Part shown: positions 1-10,400 of the stretch, piece by piece
How positions within the stretch are numbered: the first letter of the stretch is position 1
Layout: every line of letters starts with the position of its first letter
Assembly: GCF_009914755.1 (NCBI RefSeq)
Contig: NC_060947.1
DNA: 64,000 nt
Reading direction: 5' to 3' (one strand)
Origin: the human T2T-CHM13v2.0 reference genome, Homo sapiens
Notes under the pieces: model-generated
The model's database searches: none
What the model was told of the DNA's origin: nothing
Seen by the model: the letters and a program-made list of their open reading frames with translations, nothing else
Made by a program: the position numbers and the translations under genes

Positions 1-131
1 ACTTACAGATTCTACAAAAAGACAGTTTCAAAACTGCTCCATCAAAAGGAGGGTTCAACTGTGTGACTTGAATGCAATCATCACTCAGAAGTTTCTGAGA
101 ATGCTTCTCTTTAGTTTTTACGTGAACATAT

Positions 132-148
132 ACCCGTTTCGAACGAAG
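132..148 (-). promoter_or_regulatory. CENP-B box, intact core (repeated in each HOR)
   Basis: The + strand acccgtttcgaacgaag reads CTTCGTTCGAAACGGGT on the minus strand, which fits the NTTCGNNNNANNCGGGN core. Confidence 0.85.
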
Positions 149-298
149 GCCACCCAGTGGTCCAAATATCCACTTGCAGATTCTACAGAAAGAGTGTTTC
201 GAACCTGAACTCTCAAAGGCAGGTTCATCTCTGCGAGTTAAATGCATTCATCATGAAGAACTTTCTCAGAGTGTTTGTGTTTAGTTATGGGAAATTAT

Positions 299-315
299 TC
301 CCGTTTCCAACGAAA
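299..315 (-). promoter_or_regulatory. CENP-B box, canonical (repeated in each HOR)
   Basis: The + strand tcccgtttccaacgaaa reads TTTCGTTGGAAACGGGA on the minus strand. Confidence 0.95.
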
Positions 316-637
316 TCCTCAGAGAGCTCCAAATATCCACCTGCAGATTCTACCAAAAGTGTATTTGGAAACTGCTCCATCAAAAGGCATGTTCAGCTCT
401 GTGAGTGAAACTCCATCATCACAAAGAATATTCTGAGAATGCTTCCGTTTGCCTTTTATATGAAGTTCCTTCCTATACGACCGTAGGCCTCAAAGCAGTC
501 CAAATCTCCATTTGCAGATTCTACAAAAAGAGTGATTCCAATCTGCTCTATCAATAGGATTGTTCAACTCCATGAGTTGAATGCCATCCTCACAAAGTAG
601 TTTCTGAGAATGCTTCTATCTAGTTTTTATGTGAAGA

Positions 638-662
638 TATTTCCTTTTCCACCACAGGCCTC
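638..662 (-). other. A-type monomer box (pJalpha-type site in place of the CENP-B box); equivalents near 470, 1321, 1492 and 1847
   Basis: tttccttttccaccacaggcctc occupies the CENP-B box position, the established A-type monomer signature. Confidence 0.75.
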
Positions 663-811
663 AAAGCCCTCCAAACGTCCACTTGCAGATTCTCGAAAAA
701 GAGTGTTTCATAGCTGCTCTTTCAAAAGGAAAGTTCAACTCTGGGAGTTGAATACAAACATCACAAAGTAGTTTCCGAGAATGCTTCTGTTTAGTTTTTA
801 TGTGAAGATGA

Positions 812-828
812 TCCCGTTTCCAGTGAAA
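812..828 (-). other. Degenerate CENP-B box (fixed in all HORs)
   Basis: tcccgtttccagtgaaa reads TTTCACTGGAAACGGGA on the minus strand. The TTCG core is changed to TTCA. Confidence 0.85.
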
Positions 829-982
829 TCTTCAAAGAGGTCCACATATCCCCTTGCAGATTCCAAAGAAAGAGGGTTTCAAAACTGCTCCATCAGAAGG
901 ATTGTTCAACTCTGTGAGTTGAATGCAGTCATCGCAGAAAACTTTCTGAGAATGCTTCTGTCTAGGTTTGATGTGAAGATAT

Positions 983-999
983 AGACGTTTCAAACGAAG
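983..999 (-). other. Degenerate CENP-B box (fixed in all HORs)
   Basis: agacgtttcaaacgaag reads CTTCGTTTGAAACGTCT on the minus strand. The CGGG core is changed to CGTC. Confidence 0.85.
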
Positions 1000-1149
1000 G
1001 CTACAAAGTGGTCAAAATATACACTTGCAGATTCTACTACAAGGGTGTTGCAAACCTGAACTATCAAAGGAAGGTTCAACTCTGTGAGTTGAATACAAAC
1101 ATCACAAAGAATGTTCTGAGTTTGCTTCCGTTCAGTTATGGGAAGTTGA

Positions 1150-1166
1150 TCCCGTTTCCAACGAAA
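1150..1166 (-). promoter_or_regulatory. CENP-B box, canonical (repeated in each HOR)
   Basis: The + strand tcccgtttccaacgaaa reads TTTCGTTGGAAACGGGA on the minus strand. Confidence 0.95.
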
Positions 1167-1660
1167 TCCTCAGAGAGGTCCAAATATCCCCTTGCAGATT
1201 CTACAAAACGTGTGTTTGGAAACTGCTCCATCATAACGAATGTTCAGCTCCCTGAGTTAAACTCCATCGTCACAAAGAATTTTCTGAGAGTGCTACCGTC
1301 TGGTTTTTATATGAAGCTCTTTCCTTCACTACCACAGGCCTCAAAGCGGTCCAAATCTCCACTTGCAGATTCTACAAAAAGAGTGTTTGCAAACTGCTCT
1401 ATCAAAAGGAATGTTCAACTCTGGGAGTTGAATGCAATCATCACAGAGCAGTTTCTGAGAATGCTTCTATGTCGTTTTTAGGAGAAGATATTTCCTTTTC
1501 CAACACAGTCCTCCAAGCCCGCTAAATAGCCACTTGCACATTGTAGAAAAAGTGTGTCAAAGCTGCGCTATCAAAGGGAAAGTTCAACTCTGTGAGGTGA
1601 ATGCAAACATCCCAAAGAAGTTTCTGAGAATGCTTCCGTTTAGCTTTTAGGTGAAGATTA

Positions 1661-1677
1661 TCCCGTTTCCAACGAAA
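1661..1677 (-). promoter_or_regulatory. CENP-B box, canonical (repeated in each HOR)
   Basis: The + strand tcccgtttccaacgaaa reads TTTCGTTGGAAACGGGA on the minus strand. Confidence 0.95.
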
Positions 1678-1832
1678 CCTTCAAAGAGGTCCAAATATCC
1701 CCTTGCGGATCCCACAGAAAGAGTGTTTCGAAACTGCTGTTTCAAAAGGAATCTTCAACTCTGTGAGTTGAATGCAATCATCACAAAGAAGTTTCTGACA
1801 ATGCTTCTCTCTCGTCTTTCTGTGAAGATAAA

Positions 1833-1873
1833 GGAAAAGGCTTTCAGGCCTTTTCCACCACAGGCCTGAAAGC
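1833..1873. repeat. Overlapping inverted repeats in the ~15-bp insertion of the long (186-bp) monomer; present in every HOR
   Basis: GGAAAAGGC (1833-1841) pairs with GCCTTTTCC (1848-1856). GCTTTCAGGCCT (1840-1851) pairs with AGGCCTGAAAGC (1862-1873). Both pairs are perfect reverse complements. Confidence 0.9.
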
Positions 1874-2017
1874 GCTCCAAATGTCCACTTGCAGATTCTG
1901 CCAAAAGAATATTTCAAAACTGCTCTATGAAAAGCAATGTTAAACTCTGTGGCTCGAACACAAACATCACAAAGCGGTTTCTGAGAATGCTTCAGTTTAG
2001 TTTTTCTTTGGAAATAT

Positions 2018-2034
2018 TCCCGTTTCCAAAGAAA
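2018..2034 (-). other. Degenerate CENP-B box (fixed in all HORs)
   Basis: tcccgtttccaaagaaa reads TTTCTTTGGAAACGGGA on the minus strand. The TTCG core is changed to TTCT. Confidence 0.85.
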
Positions 2035-4449
2035 TCTTCAAAGAGGTCCACGTATCCACTTACAGATTCTACAAAAAGACAGTTTCAAAACTGCTCCATC
2101 AAAAGGAGGGTTCAACTGTGTGACTTGAATGCAATCATCACTCAGAAGTTTCTGAGAATGATTCTCTTTAGTTTTTACGTGAACATATACCCGTTTCGAA
2201 CGAAGGCCAGCCAGTGGTCCAAATATCCACTTGCAGATTCTACAGAAAGAGTGTTTCGAACCTGAACTCTCAAAGGCAGGTTCATCTCTGCGAGTTAAAT
2301 GCATTCATCATGAAGAACTTTCTCAGAGTGTTTGTGTTTAGTTATGGGAAATTATTCCCGTTTCCAACGAAATCCTCAGAGAGCTCCAAATATCCACCTG
2401 CAGATTCTACCAAAAGTGTTTTTGGAAACTGCTCCATCAAAAGGCATGTTCAGCTCTGTGAGTGAAACTCCATCATCACAAAGAATATTCTGAGAATGCT
2501 TCCGTTTGCCTTTTATATGAAGTTCCTTCCTATACGACCGTAGGCCTCAAAGCAGTCCAAATCTCCATTTGCAGATTCTACAAAAAGAGTGATTCCAATC
2601 TGCTCTATCAATAGGATTGTTCAACTCCATGAGTTGAATGCCATCCTCACAAAGTCGTTTCTGAGAATGCTTCTATCTAGTTTTTATGTGAAGATATTTC
2701 CTTTTCCACCACAGGCCTCAAAGCCCTCCAAACGTCCACTTGCAGATTCTCGAAAAAGAGTGTTTCATAGCTGCTCTTTCAAAAGGAAAGTTCAACTCTG
2801 GGAGTTGAATACAAACATCACAAAGTAGTTTCCGAGAATGCTTCTGTTTAGTTTTTATGTGAAGATGATCCCGTTTCCAGTGAAATCTTCAAAGAGGTCC
2901 ACATATCCCCTTGCAGATTCCAAAGAAAGAGGGTTTCAAAACTGCTCCATCAGAAGGTTTGTTCAACTCTGTGAGTTGAATGCAGTCATCGCAGAAAACT
3001 TTCTGAGAATGCTTCTGTCTAGGTTTGATGTGAAGATATAGACGTTTCAAACGAAGGCTACAAAGTGGTCAAAATATACACCTGCAGATTCTACTACAAG
3101 GGTGTTGCAAACCTGAACTATCAAAGGAAGTTTCAACTCCGTCAGTTGAATACAAACATCACAAAGAATGTTCTGAGTTTGCTTCCGTTCAGTTATGGGA
3201 AGTTGATCCCGTTTCCAACGAAATCCTCAGAGAGGTCCAAATATCCCCTTGCAGATTCTACAAAACGTGTGTTTGGAAACTGCTCCATCATAACGAATGT
3301 TCAGCTCCCTGAGTTAAACTCCATCGTCACAAAGAATTTTCTGAGAGTGCTACCGTCTGGTTTTTATATGAAGCTCTTTCCTTCACTACCACAGGCCTCA
3401 AAGCGGTCCAAATCTCCACTTGCAGATTCTACAAAAAGAGTGTTTGCAAACTGCTCTATCAAAAGGAATGTTCAACTCTGGGAGTTGAATGCAATCATCA
3501 CAGAGCAGTTTCTGAGAATGCTTCTATGTCGTTTTTAGGAGAAGATATTTCCTTTTCCAACACAGTCCTCCAAGCCCGCTAAATAGCCACTTGCACATTG
3601 TAGAAAAAGTGTGTCAAAGCTGCGCTATCAAAGGGAAAGTTCAACTCTGTGAGGTGAATGCAAACATCCCAAAGAAGTTTCTGAGAATGCTTCCGTTTAG
3701 CTTTTAGGTGAAGATTATCCCGTTTCCAACGAAACCTTCAAAGAGGTCCAAATATCCCCTTGCGGATCTCACAGAAAGAGTGTTTCGATACTGCTGTTTC
3801 AAAAGGAATCTTCAACTCTGTGAGTTGAATGCAATCATCACAAAGAAGTTTCTGACAATGCTTCTCTCTCGTCTTTCTGTGAAGATAAAGGAAAAGGCTT
3901 TCAGGCCTTTTCCACCACAGGCCTGAAAGCGCTCCAAATGTCCACTTGCAGATTCTGCGAAAAGAATATTTCAAAACTGCTCTATGAAAAGCAATGTTAA
4001 ACTCTGTGGCTCGAACACAAACATCACAAAGCGGTTTCTGAGAATGCTTCAGTTTAGTTTTTCTGTGGAAATATTCCCGTTTCCAAAGAAATCTTCAAAG
4101 AGGTCCACGTATCCACTTACAGATTCTACAAAACGACAGTTTCAAAACTGCTCCATCAAAAGGAGGGTTCAACTGTGTGACTTGAATGCAATCATCACTC
4201 AGAAGTTTCTGAGAATGCTTCTCTTTAGTTTTTACGTGAACATATACCCGTTTCGAACGAAGGCCAGCCAGTGGTCCAAATATCCACTTGCAGATTCTAC
4301 AGAAAGAGTGTTTCGAACCTGAACTCTCAAAGGCAGGTTCATCTCTGCGAGTTAAATGCATTCATCATGAAGAACTTTCTCAGAGTGTTTGTGTTTAGTT
4401 ATGGGAAATTATTCCCGTTTCCAATGAAATCCTCAGAGAGCTCCAAATA

Positions 4450-7400
4450 TCCACCTGCAGATTCTACCAAAAGTGTATTTGGAAACTGCTCCATCAAAAG
4501 GCATGTTCAGCTCTGTGAGTGAAACTCCATCATCACAAAGAATATTCTGAGAATGCTTCCGTTTGCCTTTTATATGAAGTTCCTTCCTATACTACCTTAG
4601 GCCTCAAAGCAGTCCAAATCTCCATTTGCAGATTCTACAAAAAGAGTGATTCCAATCTGCTCTATCAATAGGATTGTTCAACTCCATGAGTTGAATGCCA
4701 TCCTCACAAAGTCGTTTCTGAGAATGCTTCTATCTAGTTTTTATGTGAAGATATTTCCTTTTCCACCACAGGCCTCAAAGCCCTCCAAACGTCCACTTGC
4801 AGATTCTCGAAAAAGAGTGTTTCATAGCTGCTCTTTCAAAAGGAAAGTTCAACTCTGGGAGTTGAATACAAACATCACAAAGTAGTTTCCGAGAATGCTT
4901 CTGTTTAGTTTTTATGTGAAGATGATCCCGTTTCCAGTGAAATCTTCAAAGAGGTCCACATATCCCCTTGCAGATTCCAAAGAAAGAGGGTTTCAAAACT
5001 GCTCCATCAGAAGGATTGTTCAACTCTGTGAGTTGAATGCAGTCATCGCAGAAAACTTTCTGAGAATGCTTCTGTCTAGGTTTGATGTGAAGATATAGAC
5101 GTTTCAAACGAAGGCTACAAAGTGGTCAAAATATACACTTGCAGATTCTACTACAAGGGTGTTGCAAACCTGAACTATCAAAGGAAGGTTCAACTCTGTG
5201 AGTTGAATACAAACATCACAAAGAATGTTCTGAGTTTGCTTCCGTTCAGTTATGGGAAGTTGATCCCGTTTCCAACGAAATCCTCAGAGAGGTCCAAATA
5301 TCCCCTTGCAGATTCTACAAAACGTGTGTTTGGAAACTGCTCCATCATAACGAATGTTCAGCTCCCTGAGTTAAACTCCATCGTCACAAAGAATTTTCTG
5401 AGAGTGCTACCGTCTGGTTTTTATATGAAGCTCTTTCCTTCACTACCACAGGCCTCAAAGCGGTCCAAATCTCCACTTGCAGATTCTACAAAAAGAGTGT
5501 TTGCAAACTGCTCTATCAAAAGGAATGTTCAACTCTGGGAGTTGAATGCAATCATCACAGAGCAGTTTCTGAGAATGCTTCTATGTCGTTTTTAGGAGAA
5601 GATATTTCCTTTTCCAACACAGTCCTCCAAGCCCGCTAAATAGCCACTTGCACATTGTAGAAAAAGTGTGTCAAAGCTGCGCTATCAAAGGGAAAGTTCA
5701 ACTGTGTGAGGTGAATGCAAACATCCCAAAGAAGTTTCTGAGAATGCTTCCGTTTAGCTTTTAGGTGAAGATTATCCCGTTTCCAACGAAACCTTCAAAG
5801 AGGTCCAAATATCCCCTTGCGGATCCCACAGAAAGAGTGTTTCGAAACTGCTGTTTCAAAAGGAATCTTCAACTCTGTGAGTTGAATGCAATCATCCCAA
5901 AGAAGTTTCTGACAATGCTTCTCTCTCGTCTTTCTGTGAAGATAAAGGAAAAGGCTTTCAGGCCTTTTCCACCACAGGCCTGAAAGCGCTCCAAAAGTCC
6001 ACTTGCAGATTCTGCCAAAAGAATATTTCAAAACTGCTCTATGAAAAGCAATGTTAAACTCTGTGGCTCGAACACAAACATCACAAAGCAGTTTCTGAGA
6101 ATGCTTCAGTTTAGTTTTTCTGTGGAAATATTCCCGTTTCCAAAGAAATCTTCAAAGAGGTCCACGTATCCACTTACAGATTCTACAAAAAGACAGTTTC
6201 AAAACTGCTCCATCAAAAGGAGGGTTCAACTGTGTGACTTGAATGCAATCATCACTCAGAAGTTTCTGAGAATGCTTCTCTTTAGTTTTTACGTGAACAT
6301 ATACCGTTTCGAACGAAGGCCACCCAGTGGTCCAAATATCCACTTGCAGATTCTACAGAAAGAGTGTTTCGAACCTGAACTCTCAAAGGCAGGTTCATCT
6401 CTGCGAGTTAAATGCATTCATCATGAAGAACTTTCTCAGAGTGTTTGTGTTTAGTTATGGGAAATTATTCCCGTTTCCAACGAAATCCTCAGAGAGGTCC
6501 AAATATCCACCTGCAGATTCTACCAAAAGTGTATTTGGAAACTGCTCCATCAAAAGGCATGTTCAGCTCTGTGAGTGAAACTCCATCATCACAAAGAATA
6601 TTCTGAGAATGCTTCCGTTTGCCTTTTATATGAAGTTCCTTCCTATACGACCGTAGGCCTCAAAGCAGTCCAAATCTCCATTTGCAGATTCTACAAAAAG
6701 AGTGATTCCAATCTGCTCTATCAATAGGATTGTTCAACTCCATGAGTTGAATGCCATCCTCACAAAGTCGTTTCTGAGAATGCTTCTATCTAGTTTTTAT
6801 GTGAAGATATTTCCTTTTCCACCACAGGCCTCAAAGCCCTCCAAACGTCCACTTGCAGATTCTCGAAAAAGAGTGTTTCATAGCTGCTCTTTCAAAAGGA
6901 AAGTTCAACTCTGGGAGTTGAATACAAACATCACAAAGTAGTTTCCGAGAATGCTTCTGTTTAGTTTTTATGTGAAGATGATCCCGTTTCCAGTGAAATC
7001 TTCAAAGAGGTCCACATATCCCCTTGCAGATTCCAAAGAAAGAGGGTTTCAAAACTGCTCCATCAGAAGGATTGTTCAACTCTGTGAGTTGAATGCAGTC
7101 ATCGCAGAAAACTTTCTGAGAATGCTTCTGTCTAGGTTTGATGTGAAGATATAGACGTTTCAAACGAAGGCTACAAAGTGGTCAAAATATACACTTGCAG
7201 ATTCTACTACAAGGGTGTTGCAAACCTGAACTATCAAAGGAAGGTTCAACTCTGTGAGTTGAATACAAACATCACAAAAAATGTTCTGAGTTTGCTTCCG
7301 TTCAGTTATGGGAAGTTGATCCCGTTTCCAACGAAATCCTCAGAGAGGTCCACATATCCCCTTGCAGATTCTACAAAACGTGTGTTTGGAAACTGCTCCA

Positions 7401-10400
7401 TCATAACGAATGTTCAGCTCCCTGAGTTAAACTCCATCGTCACAAAGAATTTTCTGAGAGTGCTACCGTCTGGTTTTTATATGAAGCTCTTTCCTTCACT
7501 ACCACAGGCCTCAAAGCGGTCCAAATCTCCACTTGCAGATTCTACAAAAAGAGTGTTTGCAAACTGCTCTATCAAAAGGAATGTTCAACTCTGGGAGTTG
7601 AATGCAATCATCACAGAGCAGTTTCTGAGAATGCTTCTATGTCGTTTTTAGGAGAAGATATTTCCTTTTCCAACACAGTCCTCCAAGCCCGCTAAATAGC
7701 CACTTGCACATTGTAGAAAACGTGTGTCAAAGCTGCGCTATCAAAGGGAAAGTTCAACTCTGTGAGGTGAATGCAAACATCCCAAAGAAGTTTCTGAGAA
7801 TGCTTCCGTTTAGCTTTTAGGTGAAGATTATCCCGTTTCCAACGAAACCTTCAAAGAGGTCCAAATATCCCCTTGCGGATCCCACAGAAAGAGTGTTTCG
7901 AAACTGCTGTTTCAAAAGGAATCTTCAACTCTGTGAGTTGAATGCAATCATCACAAAGAAGTTTCTGACAATGCTTCTCTCTCGTCTTTCTGTGAAGATA
8001 AAGGAAAAGGCTTTCAGGCCTTTTCCACCACAGGCCTGAAAGCGCTCCAAATGTCCACTTGCAGATTCTGCGAAAAGAATATTTCAAAACTGCTCTATGA
8101 AAAGCAATGTTAAACTCTGTGGCTCGAACACAAACATCACAAAGCGGTTTCTGAGAATGCTTCAGTTTAGTTTTTCTGTGGAAATATTCCCGTTTCCAAA
8201 GAAATCTTCAAAGAGGTCCACGTATCCACTTACAGATTCTACAAAAAGACAGTTTCAAAACTGCTCCATCAAAAGGAGGGTTCAACTGTGTGACTTGAAT
8301 GCAATCATCACTCAGAAGTTTCTGAGAATGCTTCTCTTTAGTTTTTACGTGAACATATACCCGTTTCGAACGAAGGCCAACCAGTGGTCCAAATATCCAC
8401 TTGCAGATTCTACAGAAAGAGTGTTTCGAACCTGAACTCTCAAAGGCAGGTTCATCTCTGCGAGTTAAATGCATTCATCATGAAGAACTTTCTCAGAGTG
8501 TTTGTGTTTAGTTATGGGAAATTATTCCCGTTTCCAACGAAATCCTCAGAGAGCTCCAAATATCCACCTGCAGATTCTACCAAAAGTGTATTTGGAAACT
8601 GCTCCATCAAAAGGCATGTTCAGCTCTGTGAGTGAAACTCCATCATCACAAAGAATATTCTGAGAATGCTTCCGTTTGCCTTTTATATGAAGTTCCTTCC
8701 TATACTACCTTAGGCCTCAAAGCAGTCCAAATCTCCATTTGCAGATTCTACAAAAAGAGTGATTCCAATCTGCTCTATCAATAGGATTGTTCAACTCCAT
8801 GAGTTGAATGCCATCCTCAGAAAGTCGTTTCTGAGAATGCTTCTATCTAGTTTTTATGTGAAGATATTTCCTTTTCCACCACAGGCCTCAAATCCCTCCA
8901 AACGTCCACTTGCAGATTCTCGAAAAAGAGTGTTTCATAGCTGCTCTTTCAAAAGGAAAGTTCAACTCTGGGAGTTGAATACAAACATCACAAAGTAGTT
9001 TCCGAGAATGCTTCTGTTTAGTTTTTATGTGAAGATGATCCCGTTTCCAGTGAAATCTTCAAAGAGGTCCACATATCCCCTTGCAGATTCCAAAGAAAGA
9101 GGGTTTCAAAACTGCTCCATCAGAAGGATTGTTCAACTCTGTGAGTTGAATGCAGTCATCGCAGAAAACTTTCTGAGAGTGCTTCTGTCTAGGTTTGATG
9201 TGAAGATATAGACGTTTCAAACGAAGGCTACAAAGTGGTCAAAATATACACTTGCAGATTCTACTACAAGGGTGTTGCAAACCTGAACTATCAAAGGAAG
9301 GTTCAACTCTGTGAGTTGAATACAAACATCACAAAGAATGTTCTGAGTTTGCTTCCGTTCAGTTATGGGAAGTTGATCCCGTTTCCAACGAAATCCTCAG
9401 AGAGGTCCAAATATCCCCTTGCAGATTCTACAAAACGTGTGTTTGGAAACTGCTCCATCATAACGAATGTTCAGCTCCCTGAGTTAAACTCCATCGTCAC
9501 AAAGAATTTTCTGAGAGTGCTACCGTCTGGTTTTTATATGAAGCTCTTTCCTTCACTACCACAGGCCTCAAAGCGGTCCAAATCTCCACTTGCAGATTCT
9601 ACAAAAAGAGTGTTTGCAAACTGCTCTATCAAAAGGAATGTTCAACTCTGGGAGTTGAATGCAATCATCACAGAGCAGTTTCTGAGAATGCTTCTATGTC
9701 GTTTTTAGGAGAAGATATTTCCTTTTCCAACACAGTCCTCCAAGCCCGCTAAATAGCCACTTGCACATTGTAGAAAAAGTGTGTCAAAGCTGCGCTATCA
9801 AAGGGAAAGTTCAACTGTGTGAGGTGAATGCAAACATCCCAAAGAAGTTTCTGAGAATGCTTCCGTTTAGCTTTTAGGTGAAGATTATCCCGTTTCCAAC
9901 GAAACCTTCAAAGAGGTCCAAATATCCCCTTGCGGATCCCACAGAAAGAGTGTTTCGAAACTGCTGTTTCAAAAGGAATCTTCAACTCTGTGAGTTGAAT
10001 GCAATCATCCCAAAGAAGTTTCTGACAATGCTTCTCTCTCGTCTTTCTGTGAAGATAAAGGAAAAGGCTTTCAGGCCTTTTCCACCACAGGCCTGAAAGC
10101 GCTCCAAAAGTCCATTTGCAGATTCTGCCAAAAGAATATTTCAAAACTGCTCTATGAAAAGCAATGTTAAACTCTGTGGCTCGAACACAAACATCACAAA
10201 GCAGTTTCTGAGAATGCTTCAGTTTAGTTTTTCTGTGGAAATATTCCCGTTTCCAAAGAAATCTTCAAAGAGGTCCACGTATCCACTTACAGATTCTACA
10301 AAAAGACAGTTTCAAAACTGCTCCATCAAAAGGAGGGTTCAACTGTGTGACTTGAATGCAATCATCACTCAGAAGTTTCTGAGAATGCTTCTCTTTAGTT

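Larger units (their letters stand above)
132..2188 (-). repeat. One representative 2,057-bp HOR unit of 12 monomers
   Basis: Box positions of successive monomers are 132, 299, ~470, ~641, 812, 983, 1150, ~1321, ~1492, 1661, ~1847, 2018, then 2189 (next unit). Spacings are 167, 171, 171, 171, 171, 167, 171, 171, 169, 186, 171, 171, which sum to 2057. Confidence 0.95.

Noticed and set aside
1833-1873. Hairpin resembling a rho-independent terminator
   Set aside because: The context is eukaryotic satellite with no upstream gene and no convincing U-tract after the stems. It is retained only as a dyad-symmetry finding.
6041-6454. Extended 137-aa ORF variant (also at 10154 and 14267)
   Set aside because: It is produced by the 1-bp deletion in the CENP-B box fusing two spurious frames. 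There is no evidence of coding function.
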